Source: an uncultured Thiothrix sp. (GTDB taxonomy: Bacteria > Pseudomonadota > Gammaproteobacteria > Poriferisulfidales > GCA-002705445). From it: a stretch of 64,000 nucleotides of DNA. Shown piece after piece: positions 31,572 through 40,704 of the stretch. Numbering within the stretch: position 1 is the first letter of the stretch; every line of letters begins with the position of its first letter. The position numbers were made by a program, and so were the translations under genes. The notes beneath the pieces are model-generated. The model did no database searches. It was not told the DNA's origin and saw nothing but the letters and a program-made list of their open reading frames with translations. Location of the stretch: positions 6,265-70,264 of the forward strand of contig CACEJE010000002.1 of the NCBI GenBank assembly GCA_902559815.1, read 5' to 3'.

Positions 31572-32924
31572 ATGAAAATAAAAGCAATAATTACTAGTAT
31601 AGCGCTTTTAGCTTCAATGTCTTTTACAGCACCTGTTGTACAAGCTGGCGATGGTACTTTATATGTACCAATTCCTAGTTACCGTGTTGGCCCATATGCT
31701 GTGGGTGGAACAGGTTACTTTGGTGGAATATTAGACTACTACAATCTATTAAACATGCGTGATGGTGGTGTTGGTGGAATGAAGTTAGTTTGGTCAGAAT
31801 GTGAAACAGAATATTCTGTAGAGCGTGGCGTTGAGTGTTACAAGCGTTTAAAAGATAAAGAAGGTGGAGCTGTTTTCTTTGACCCATTAAGTGTGGGTAT
31901 CTCTACTGCGTTGATTGAAACTGGTCGTAAAGACAAAATGCCAATCATTGCTGTAAACCACGGAAAAACAGCTGGACAACGTGGTGACGTTTTCCCTTAT
32001 TACTTTATGCCTGGAATCAACACATATGATGAGCATTCAATTATGATGCACTTTATAGGTGATGTATTAGAAGGTGATAGAGCAAAATTAAAAGGTAAAA
32101 AAATCGCTATGTTATTCCACGGTTCACCATACGGTCGTGAAGCTATAATGTTTATGGACATGATGTGTAAGAAGCATGGTTGTGAACATACTGCTATCGA
32201 AGTACCGCATCCTGGTAACGAACAACAATCACAATGGTTAAAAATTCGTAAGATGAAGCCTGATTATGTTCTATTAAGAGGATGGGGTGTGATGAACCCT
32301 GTAGCTATGCAAACAGCTGTTAGAACTGGTTTCTCAGTTGGAAGATTAATCGGAAACATCTGGAGTAACTCTGATGGTGACGTGATTCCTGCTGGTGACG
32401 CTGCTGAAGGATATTATGCTATTACAACTCACCCTGCTGGAAGAGTTGCTAAAGTAATTGATGATATCGTTGACACAGTTTATAAAGCAGGTAAAGGTGA
32501 CTTAGCTGATAAAAGCCGTATCGGTTCTGTATATTGGAACTTAGGTGTATTAGCTGGTGTATTCCACACAGAAGCTTTAAAAACAGCTCAAGAACGTTTT
32601 GGACCAAAAGTTAACAGCGCTCAAGTACGTTGGGGCTTTGAGAACTTACGTTTAAATAAATCTGACCTTGATGCACTTGGTGCAACAGGATTAGTACCTG
32701 AAATTAATATCACTTGTATGGACCACGTTGGTGGACATCTAGCTAAATTCCAACAATGGGATGCTGGAAAACGTCAGTGGAAAGTTGCTAGTGACTGGAT
32801 TGAAGGTGATGTAGCATTATCACAAGCTATTATTGACGAAGGTGCTGAAAAGTACGCTGCGGATAATGGTATTAAAAAACGTGATTGTAATAACGCCGAA
32901 GATAGAGATAACTTCGACTTATAA
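31572..32924 (+). CDS. periplasmic ABC-transporter substrate-binding protein, LivK/branched-chain-amino-acid-binding (PBP type 1) family; orphan
   Basis: Sec signal peptide ending VQA/GD. 450 aa with a Peripla_BP_6-like layout. No permease or ATPase gene is adjacent. Visibly higher GC and CGT/GGT/GCT-rich codon use than the neighbouring genes. Confidence 0.8.
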   Translation: MKIKAIITSIALLASMSFTAPVVQAGDGTLYVPIPSYRVGPYAVGGTGYFGGILDYYNLLNMRDGGVGGMKLVWSECETEYSVERGVECYKRLKDKEGGAVFFDPLSVGISTALIETGRKDKMPIIAVNHGKTAGQRGDVFPYYFMPGINTYDEHSIMMHFIGDVLEGDRAKLKGKKIAMLFHGSPYGREAIMFMDMMCKKHGCEHTAIEVPHPGNEQQSQWLKIRKMKPDYVLLRGWGVMNPVAMQTAVRTGFSVGRLIGNIWSNSDGDVIPAGDAAEGYYAITTHPAGRVAKVIDDIVDTVYKAGKGDLADKSRIGSVYWNLGVLAGVFHTEALKTAQERFGPKVNSAQVRWGFENLRLNKSDLDALGATGLVPEINITCMDHVGGHLAKFQQWDAGKRQWKVASDWIEGDVALSQAIIDEGAEKYAADNGIKKRDCNNAEDRDNFDL

Positions 32925-32946
32925 TACATTTCGTTATTTAAGATTA

Positions 32947-32977
32947 AAGGCGGTATTTAATACCGCCTTTTTTTTTA
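32947..32977 (+). terminator. rho-independent terminator
   Basis: AAGGCGGTAT-TTA-ATACCGCCTT stem-loop followed by a run of nine T. The T-run overlaps the stop codon of convergent pgeF. Confidence 0.8.
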
Positions 32978-33700
32978 ACTAATCCATACAAAAGTACCAA
33001 ACCTCTGAATATCCTTTGATTTTCTATATGAATAAAAAAGATCATTGTGAGTGACAGTGCAGTACTCAGAACTATATATATTTCTTATATTATTAGAATT
33101 TAATTGAAAACAAGCTATACCCTTAATATCCATATTAAATTTATTATTATTTAAACCAAAAAAAAACTTTTGGTAATTATTATCAATACTTATAAATTTC
33201 TCACGTATATTTTTATCAACCTGATAATAATTCTTGGATACTGAAGGCCCAATCCAGGCTTCATAAGTGTAGTTATACGTCGCAAGAATCTTTATAGCTT
33301 TTTCTATAATATTATACATTAATCCTTTTCTCCCAACGTGTAATATACATATTATACTTCCACAAACACTGGAAATTACAATTGGCATACAATCAGCTGT
33401 TAGAACTGATATTACATTATTTTTTTTTGTAGTAATTAAACCATCGGCTGTATAAGGATTGATATTTTTTTTATCTAAATTTATAACCTTATTTCCATGA
33501 ATTTGCTTAATAAAATTGGGATTATTTGGAAGTATTGTTTCAACTAATTTTTTTCTATTTAAAAATATTTTTTTATAGTCATCATTAAGATATGAAATAT
33601 TAAAATCTTTTTGTGAAAAAAAATTTCTTGTTGTAAATAATACTTTTACACAGTTCGAAACATTCCAGCCTATATCTACATAGTTATTTTTACACATCAA
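32975..33700 (-). CDS. pgeF: YfiH/PgeF family (laccase-domain / purine nucleoside phosphorylase-like) protein
   Basis: 241 aa with TADC.P and H.G(R)KG motifs. Lies downstream of rluD, as in E. coli rluD-yfiH. Confidence 0.8.
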   Translation of the reverse strand: MMCKNNYVDIGWNVSNCVKVLFTTRNFFSQKDFNISYLNDDYKKIFLNRKKLVETILPNNPNFIKQIHGNKVINLDKKNINPYTADGLITTKKNNVISVLTADCMPIVISSVCGSIICILHVGRKGLMYNIIEKAIKILATYNYTYEAWIGPSVSKNYYQVDKNIREKFISIDNNYQKFFFGLNNNKFNMDIKGIACFQLNSNNIRNIYSSEYCTVTHNDLFYSYRKSKDIQRFGTFVWIS

Positions 33701-34631
33701 GCGCTTCCTCTAATTCTTTTAAATCTTTAGGAACATCTGACTTAATATTTATATCTTGGCCATTACGCGGGTGTATAAATTGAAGTTCTTCGGCGTGCAA
33801 AGCTTGTCTAGAAAATTCTTTTAGTATGTCTATTTTATTATTTTTATCTATTTTTAACCCATAAGTTTTATCACCTATAATTGGGTAGCCTAGATACTGC
33901 ATATGTACTCTTATTTGATGTGTTCGTCCTGTATGAAGTTTTAATCTAACTTTACTTGCATATTTATAATTTTTTATAACCTCATAATCAGTTATTGCTT
34001 CTTTGCCTGATGGATTTACCGCCATTTTTTTTCTATCAATTCTGTGTCTAGATATTGGTTGATTAATTTGCCCATTTTTCATTAATTGTCCGTTTACAAA
34101 AGCTATATACCTCCTTTTTATTTCTTTATTCTGCATTTTTTTTATCAGTATCATATAGCTTTCAATACTTCTTGCTACTATTAACAAACCAGAAGTATCT
34201 TTATCGAGCCTATGAATTAACCCTGATCTAGGCAAATTAACTAATTCAGGGTATTTGTAAGCTAAGCCATTTGCTAAAGTTCCGCTTGTATTACCGGCTC
34301 CAGGATGTGAGACTATATTTATATCTTTATTAACTACTATTAAATCTTTATCTTCATACTCAACTTTAATAAAGATTTCTTCAGGTTTAATAAAATTGGA
34401 GTTTATATTTTCTTCGGGAATTATTGTAACTTTATCGTTTTCACTCAATATATCTTTGGGTTTAATGATTTTATTGTTAACAGTAATATTGCCTTTTTTT
34501 ATCCATTTTTGCACTAAACTTCTGGAAAATTGTATATTTTCGTTAGCTATGGCTTGATCTGCCCTTAAACCTTTACATTCTTCTGATATTATATATTCTA
34601 TAATATCGACATTGTTAATTTCGTCATTCAT
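33690..34631 (-). CDS. rluD: 23S rRNA pseudouridine synthase RluD
   Basis: S4 domain followed by RluA-family catalytic motif HRLDKDTSGLL. Divergent from bamD, as in E. coli. Confidence 0.9.
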   Translation of the reverse strand: MNDEINNVDIIEYIISEECKGLRADQAIANENIQFSRSLVQKWIKKGNITVNNKIIKPKDILSENDKVTIIPEENINSNFIKPEEIFIKVEYEDKDLIVVNKDINIVSHPGAGNTSGTLANGLAYKYPELVNLPRSGLIHRLDKDTSGLLIVARSIESYMILIKKMQNKEIKRRYIAFVNGQLMKNGQINQPISRHRIDRKKMAVNPSGKEAITDYEVIKNYKYASKVRLKLHTGRTHQIRVHMQYLGYPIIGDKTYGLKIDKNNKIDILKEFSRQALHAEELQFIHPRNGQDINIKSDVPKDLKELEEALDV

Positions 34632-34641
34632 AATAAATTAT

Positions 34642-35883
34642 ATGCATAAGAATATGATAAAAATAAGTATTTATATACTTTTAATTATAACATTAAATGG
34701 CTGCGCAAGCTTTAAAGGTAAAGATGAAAATACCCAAATTGATGAACGCGGCAATATAATATATGAAGATGATTCAGAAGTATTATCAGCCGAAGAACTT
34801 TACTACAAAGCTAATGCTGCGCTAAAAAGAAAAGAATATCAAAATGCTATAGATGAATATAGAAAAATTGAAGCAAATCACCCGTTTTCAGAATTTGCCG
34901 AACAAAGTCATATTGAATTAGCTTTTGCTGAATACAAGCTTGGTCGCTGGGATAGTGCTGTCGCAATTATTGACAGATTTATTTCAATGAATAATACAAG
35001 CAAGTTATTACCTTATGCATATTATTTAAGAGGCCTTTCAAATTTTAATCGTGGTAAAGGTTTTTTTAATTTTATATTGCCACACGTTCAAGTAGATAAA
35101 GATCCAGTAAATATAAGAAACGCATACGAGGACTTTAATTATGTCTATAAATATTATAATGATTCGGAATATTCAAAAGACTCACTTAAAAGAATGATAT
35201 ATCTAAGAAATACACTAGCATCATATGAACTTCATGTAGCTAATTTTTATTTTAAGAGAAAAGCTTACATTGCCGTTATAAATAGGTGTAATTATTTAAT
35301 TGAAAATTATCCAAATGCACCAGCAAACATAGATGCATTATTTTTCTTGAAAAAATCTTACGAATTACTTCTTATGGCTGATAACGCAAGGAATATAGAT
35401 AAAATTATAAATAAAAATTACCCAGATTATAAATCAGTATACTTTGCAGATGTTCTAGAGAACAGAGTTAAAAGAAATATATTGGCTCTAAGTGATACAG
35501 CTGATGATATTGCTATTGGTCTTGGATTCGATATTGAGGATCAGCCTTTAGATGATTTTTCGGGTATTTATAAAGTTGAATATTTTACAAACGATGATTT
35601 AATTGACATAAGAAAGGATATTAAACCTGAAAAATATTCTATTATTCATAAAATTAATAATGAAAAAAGAGTAATTGAAAATAAAGAAGAGAAGAATATT
35701 TTAAATTTTTTCTTTTCAGAAGATAAATCTGATTTACAAGTTACAGACATTTTAGTTGATGAAAAAAATGAAATCACTAAAAATAGTAAAGCAGATAAAG
35801 AAGATAAAAATAGCGAAAAAAATGCGGAAGAAACAGGTATAATTAAATATGATGATTCAAATATTGAGCTAATAGAAGACTAA
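34642..35883 (+). CDS. bamD: outer-membrane protein assembly factor BamD with long acidic C-terminal extension
   Basis: Lipobox LNGC and TPR-like BamD core (EELYYKANAALKRKEYQNAIDEY...). I place the start at the ATG at 34642, because the ORF-track start at 34612 overlaps the rluD start. Confidence 0.75.
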   Translation: MHKNMIKISIYILLIITLNGCASFKGKDENTQIDERGNIIYEDDSEVLSAEELYYKANAALKRKEYQNAIDEYRKIEANHPFSEFAEQSHIELAFAEYKLGRWDSAVAIIDRFISMNNTSKLLPYAYYLRGLSNFNRGKGFFNFILPHVQVDKDPVNIRNAYEDFNYVYKYYNDSEYSKDSLKRMIYLRNTLASYELHVANFYFKRKAYIAVINRCNYLIENYPNAPANIDALFFLKKSYELLLMADNARNIDKIINKNYPDYKSVYFADVLENRVKRNILALSDTADDIAIGLGFDIEDQPLDDFSGIYKVEYFTNDDLIDIRKDIKPEKYSIIHKINNEKRVIENKEEKNILNFFFSEDKSDLQVTDILVDEKNEITKNSKADKEDKNSEKNAEETGIIKYDDSNIELIED

Positions 35884-37514
35884 TATTTATAACCAGAAAC
35901 AATTGGAAACCTTCTGTCTCGCCCAAATGACTCAGGAGTTACTTTAACCCCCGGCGCATACTGTCTTCTTTTATATTCACTTCTGATAACCATATTTATT
36001 ATGTTTGCAATTAGATTTTTATCATAACCTTTCTCACATATTTCAAATAATGATTTTTTTTCTTCGATAAATAAATTCAAGATATTATCTAAAACATCAT
36101 AAGGAGGCAAGGTATCAATATCATATTGATCGTAGGATAATTCTGCAGTGGGCATTCGCTCTATAACAGCTTCTGGTATTGCCAATGATTTTTTATTTCT
36201 AAACTTTGATAATGCATATACCTCGCTTTTATATAAATCTTTCAGTGGTGCGAAACTACCACACATATCTCCATATAATGTAGAATACCCAACTGCAAGC
36301 TCACTTTTATTTCCTGTTGTTAATAATATTTTTCCCGTTTTATTTGATAGTGACATTAATATTAAGCCTCTTGCTCGTGCTTGAATATTTTCCTCTGTAA
36401 TATCTTCAGACAAACCGGAAAATCTATCTCTTAAAGTATCATTAATTACTTTATAAATCTCTTTTATGCTGATTAATGAATATCTTACATTTAAAAACTC
36501 ACACTGTTCTTTTGCTAATTGAATACTTAGATCAGATGTATATTTAGATGGCATCAGCACAGCCTCAATTTTATCCCTTTCAAAGATATCACTTGCAATT
36601 GCTAAGGTTAAAGCAGAATCTATACCACCAGATAAACCTAATATAACACCGTCAAGTTTGCTTTTTGTTATATAATCATATGTTCCAATCTTTATAGCTT
36701 CATATAATGCATTTGTTTCAGATAGGATATTTACGTTATCCTTAAAACCTCCATCATCAAAAAATTCATTATTTTTTATTTTAAAATTATAAATTTCTTC
36801 TGAAAAAGACATACAAGAATGAACTAAAGCTCCATTTCTATTTATTAGAAAAGAAGAACCATCAAATACTATTTCATCCTGACCACCAACTGTATTTAAA
36901 TATATCAAGTTAAAGTTATATTTTTTCGCTATTTCTTTGAAATAGTCTCTTCTTTTTTCATCTTTTCCCTTTTCGTATGGTGACGCATTAATACTTACTA
37001 AAAAATCAATATCACTATTTGTTTTATCATGTAATTTTGAAAACTCCCAAGTATCTTCGCAAATTAAAATACATATTTTGTTTCCAGATATATCTAAAAT
37101 TAGGTTTTCATGCCCTTTCTCAAAATATCTTTTTTCATCAAAAACACCATAGTTTGGAAGAATTTGTTTTTTATATATGCTAACAATATCTTTATTATTT
37201 ATAACGTAGGCGCTATTCCATATTTTAGCTGAATCACTAGAATAAAAAGGAGATCCAAATATTATATATTCATTACTTTCAATAATTTTTTTAATTTTAT
37301 TAATAGCTTCATCAATTGATTTCACAAAATCTTGGCGAAATAATAAATCTTCAGGAGAATAACCACATAAAGCAAGCTCTGGAAAAACGAAAATTTTGGT
37401 GCTGTTTAGCTCTCTATTTTTTACAATTATATCTATTATTCTCTCAGTGTTTCCGCTAATGTCGCCAACTACCGGATTAATTTGAGCAATAATAAAGTTT
37501 ATCTTATCCTTCAT
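35880..37514 (-). CDS. nadE: glutamine-dependent NAD+ synthetase
   Basis: 544 aa: N-terminal CN-hydrolase (nitrilase-like) domain with EL.L.GY and C.D motifs, plus a C-terminal NAD synthetase domain with SGGIDS. Confidence 0.9.
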   Translation of the reverse strand: MKDKINFIIAQINPVVGDISGNTERIIDIIVKNRELNSTKIFVFPELALCGYSPEDLLFRQDFVKSIDEAINKIKKIIESNEYIIFGSPFYSSDSAKIWNSAYVINNKDIVSIYKKQILPNYGVFDEKRYFEKGHENLILDISGNKICILICEDTWEFSKLHDKTNSDIDFLVSINASPYEKGKDEKRRDYFKEIAKKYNFNLIYLNTVGGQDEIVFDGSSFLINRNGALVHSCMSFSEEIYNFKIKNNEFFDDGGFKDNVNILSETNALYEAIKIGTYDYITKSKLDGVILGLSGGIDSALTLAIASDIFERDKIEAVLMPSKYTSDLSIQLAKEQCEFLNVRYSLISIKEIYKVINDTLRDRFSGLSEDITEENIQARARGLILMSLSNKTGKILLTTGNKSELAVGYSTLYGDMCGSFAPLKDLYKSEVYALSKFRNKKSLAIPEAVIERMPTAELSYDQYDIDTLPPYDVLDNILNLFIEEKKSLFEICEKGYDKNLIANIINMVIRSEYKRRQYAPGVKVTPESFGRDRRFPIVSGYKY

Positions 37515-37546
37515 AATATAATTTTTAAATAATAAGTTATTAATAT

Positions 37547-38149
37547 ATGATATATAACATATATTTAAACATAAGTGTGAAGGTATTTATATTGAACAAA
37601 TACATAATAATTGGACCAATTGGCGCTGGTAAGTCAGAAGCAAAGATCATTTTACAGGATAATGATTATAAATGTTTTTGTGCTGACGAAGAAGTAAAAA
37701 AATTGTACAAAGATAAATCAGTTATTGAAAAAATTCATAATTTTCTTCCAAGTGCGGTAAATAATAAAGGCATAGACTTGAACATACTTAGGAATGAGCT
37801 TTTCAATAATCCTGAATTAATGGAAAAAATAGAAAATTATATTCAACCAATTGTCTACAATAATTTCATTAATATTGAAAAAGAAAATAAAAATAACATT
37901 ATCTTTATTTTCCCTATAGTTAAAAATAATAAATTTATACTTGAAAATAAATATATATATATTAATTCTGACGTTAAAATAAGAAGAGATAGACTTAAAA
38001 AAAGAGCTAATTACAATGATTTATTAATATCTAAGATAATTAATTATCAAGAATCGATAGACATATACAAAAAAGATTGCGATTATCTTATAAATAATGA
38101 TGGCACTATAAATGAATTAAGAAATTCATTAAAAAAAATAATAAAATGA
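37547..38149 (+). CDS. coaE: dephospho-CoA kinase
   Basis: P-loop GPIGAGKSE near the N-terminus. Lies upstream of zapD, as in E. coli coaE-zapD. The true start may be GTG at 37576 or TTG at 37592. Confidence 0.7.
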   Translation: MIYNIYLNISVKVFILNKYIIIGPIGAGKSEAKIILQDNDYKCFCADEEVKKLYKDKSVIEKIHNFLPSAVNNKGIDLNILRNELFNNPELMEKIENYIQPIVYNNFINIEKENKNNIIFIFPIVKNNKFILENKYIYINSDVKIRRDRLKKRANYNDLLISKIINYQESIDIYKKDCDYLINNDGTINELRNSLKKIIK

Positions 38150-38925
38150 ATGAAGAAAAATATATAATTTACGAACAACCTGTAGCTGAAAATATTAGAA
38201 ATTTTCTTAAATGTGAATATATTTATGAAAAATACTATTCAAGCTTTTTAAAACAAGACCTATGGGATATAAAATCTTGCTTAGCATCTATAATTGAAAT
38301 ATCAGACTTCACTCTAAGAATAAATCTAAAAGTTGAATTATTAAAAGAACTTGAAAAAACTATTTTATTTCTAAATTTTTTAAAAGACTCTAATCTAATC
38401 AGCTTATCTGTATTTGATGAAAATATTACAAATGTTAGAAACTCTATTAATGAATTAAATGAAATACAAAGTAATCCATCTAAGACAGTAGTCGATAATG
38501 ATTTTTTAATGCTTATAAAAAGTAAACTACAATTACCAGCTGGAGATAATTTTTTTGATATGCCATCTTATTTAAATTTCTTGTCATCTCAAAAGTCTTT
38601 TATAATAAATTCTATTGAAGGATGGTTTGCTCCATTTAATTCATTATGTAATGCATCTAAAATTATATTAAAAATTAAAAGAAAAAATGCTAATTTTACG
38701 ACTTTTACAAGTCAAAAATCTTATTTTGAATTGAAACTAGACAAAAATGATAAAATTGATTTATTAAGATTGAAATTAAACAACAATATTAATATTTTTC
38801 CTGATGTAAGTGTTAATCGGCAAAATATTAATATAATTTTCAAGACTGCATATGGAAATAATAGGTTATCTAAAGCAATTGATGAAAATTTAGAATTTGA
38901 ACTAGCAATTTCAAAGATTATATAA
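38146..38925 (+). CDS. zapD: cell division protein ZapD
   Basis: Aligns with E. coli ZapD landmarks (YEQP..E..R..L..E; ELLKELE; LLRL.L; C-terminal LEFELA). Confidence 0.7.
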   Translation: MNEEKYIIYEQPVAENIRNFLKCEYIYEKYYSSFLKQDLWDIKSCLASIIEISDFTLRINLKVELLKELEKTILFLNFLKDSNLISLSVFDENITNVRNSINELNEIQSNPSKTVVDNDFLMLIKSKLQLPAGDNFFDMPSYLNFLSSQKSFIINSIEGWFAPFNSLCNASKIILKIKRKNANFTTFTSQKSYFELKLDKNDKIDLLRLKLNNNINIFPDVSVNRQNINIIFKTAYGNNRLSKAIDENLEFELAISKII

Positions 38926-39507
38926 TTCAAAAAAATATGAAGAAGCTGCAACTCCACTACCGCCATTTTTTTTTGTTGTCTTAATATCCCTTTTGTAATT
39001 AAGACCGCCTAATGCCATAACTTTTTTTTTTGATAAATTTGCTAAATTATTAAATCTTTTCCATCCTATACCCTTTTTATTACTTGTATCCTTGATTGGA
39101 GATATTAATATCATTTTAATCAAATCTACATTATTACAAATATTAATTTCTTCTTCATTGTGACAAGATCCAAAATAATAATAATTCTTTTTTAAATTTA
39201 ATTCTTCAAGATTAATTAGGTTTTTTGCTGTTAGTTGAATCCCATGACAAAATTCATTATGCTTATAATTACAATAATCATTTATAATATATAAAGCATT
39301 ATATTTTTCACACATTTTATAGATTTTTTTTGAAATTTTTATATATTCATCGCTTGAAATTTTCTTTGATCTGAATTGCAAAAGCTTTATACCATTATCT
39401 AAGATATTTTCAATAATAGAAAAATACTTTCTAGAATTATTAACGTAATATTCAGGTGTAATAAAATATTTGTCTATTTTTGATATGTCATGTTCTATAG
39501 TCAGCAT
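38911..39507 (-). CDS. thiamine-phosphate synthase (ThiE/TenI)-like domain protein
   Basis: 198 aa with TMP-TENI-like TIM-barrel features (LLQFR.K, YIIND, ALGG). Lies downstream of argJ. Confidence 0.5.
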   Translation of the reverse strand: MLTIEHDISKIDKYFITPEYYVNNSRKYFSIIENILDNGIKLLQFRSKKISSDEYIKISKKIYKMCEKYNALYIINDYCNYKHNEFCHGIQLTAKNLINLEELNLKKNYYYFGSCHNEEEINICNNVDLIKMILISPIKDTSNKKGIGWKRFNNLANLSKKKVMALGGLNYKRDIKTTKKNGGSGVAASSYFFELYNL

Positions 39508-40699
39508 TAATTTTTATGTACTCATATGATAGATCTGACGTCCAAACAGTAGCATCTTTTGTTCCACTGTTATAGTTGACAATAATGTTAATATTTTTAT
39601 TTTTTAGATATTTTTTTGCAGCAGATTCATTATATTTAGGGGATAATTTATTATTTTGGAATACAAGTATTTTTCCTAACTGTATTTTAATTTCTGGGAG
39701 TAATTTATTAGTAGTATCCGCCTTACCTATGGCAGCTAAAATTCTTCCCCAATTTGGATCTTCAGCAAATATTGCCGTCTTAACCAGTGGAGAATTCGCT
39801 ATAGCCATTGCAATTTTTTTTGCGTCTGTAGTTGTTTTAGCATTCTTTACGTCAATTTGAATAAGTTTTGTAGCTCCCTCACCATCTTCAATAATCTTCT
39901 TAGCTAGGCCCTGGTATATTATTTTTAAATTATCAAAAAATAATTTTCTTTCTTTTAAGCTTAAACTATTATAATTTATTTTAGATTTTCCTGTTGCTAT
40001 CAATATACTTGAATCGTTTGTTGATGTATCACTATCAACAGTAATCATATTGTAAGAAATATCCGTAATTTTTTTTAATAATGCATTTAGAGTTTTTTTA
40101 TTTATTATCAAATCTGTTGCAACAAAAGAAAGCATTGTTGCCATATCTGGCATTATCATTCCTGAGCCTTTAGCAACTCCAGTTATAGAAATAATTTTAC
40201 CTTTTAGCAAAAATTTATTTGATAAAATTTTATTTTTTTTATCCGTAGTTAATATAGATTTTGAAAAATTAACCCAATTACTAGACTTTAAATTAGATAA
40301 TAATTTTGGAATAGTTTTACAAATCTTATCACTATTTATTCTTTCTCCGATCACTCCTGTTGAGCATACTAAAATTTCATTAATACTACACGATGTTAAG
40401 TCAGCCAAAACTTTACAGTATTTAATCATATCTTGATATCCTATCTTTCCAGTACCTGCGTTTGCATTGCCCGCATTGACTATAAGATATTTAGGTTTTG
40501 AATGCGTTAAATTTCTTTGACTAAAAGAAACAGCTGCAGATTTTACCTTATTTTTAGTAAACACTCCTGCAACTGATGATTTTCCATCGATTCTCATTAC
40601 AGATAAATCAAGTCTTTTCTTTTTATACATACCAGAATATATGGAAGACATTTCTATTCCATCAATATTATTAATTCTTGAGTGTGCTGTTTTTTTCAT
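39488..40699 (-). CDS. argJ: bifunctional glutamate N-acetyltransferase / amino-acid acetyltransferase ArgJ
   Basis: Autoprocessing site region PDMATMLSFVATD and typical ArgJ length. Confidence 0.9.
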   Translation of the reverse strand: MKKTAHSRINNIDGIEMSSIYSGMYKKKRLDLSVMRIDGKSSVAGVFTKNKVKSAAVSFSQRNLTHSKPKYLIVNAGNANAGTGKIGYQDMIKYCKVLADLTSCSINEILVCSTGVIGERINSDKICKTIPKLLSNLKSSNWVNFSKSILTTDKKNKILSNKFLLKGKIISITGVAKGSGMIMPDMATMLSFVATDLIINKKTLNALLKKITDISYNMITVDSDTSTNDSSILIATGKSKINYNSLSLKERKLFFDNLKIIYQGLAKKIIEDGEGATKLIQIDVKNAKTTTDAKKIAMAIANSPLVKTAIFAEDPNWGRILAAIGKADTTNKLLPEIKIQLGKILVFQNNKLSPKYNESAAKKYLKNKNINIIVNYNSGTKDATVWTSDLSYEYIKINADYRT

Positions 40700-40704
40700 T
40701 TTAA

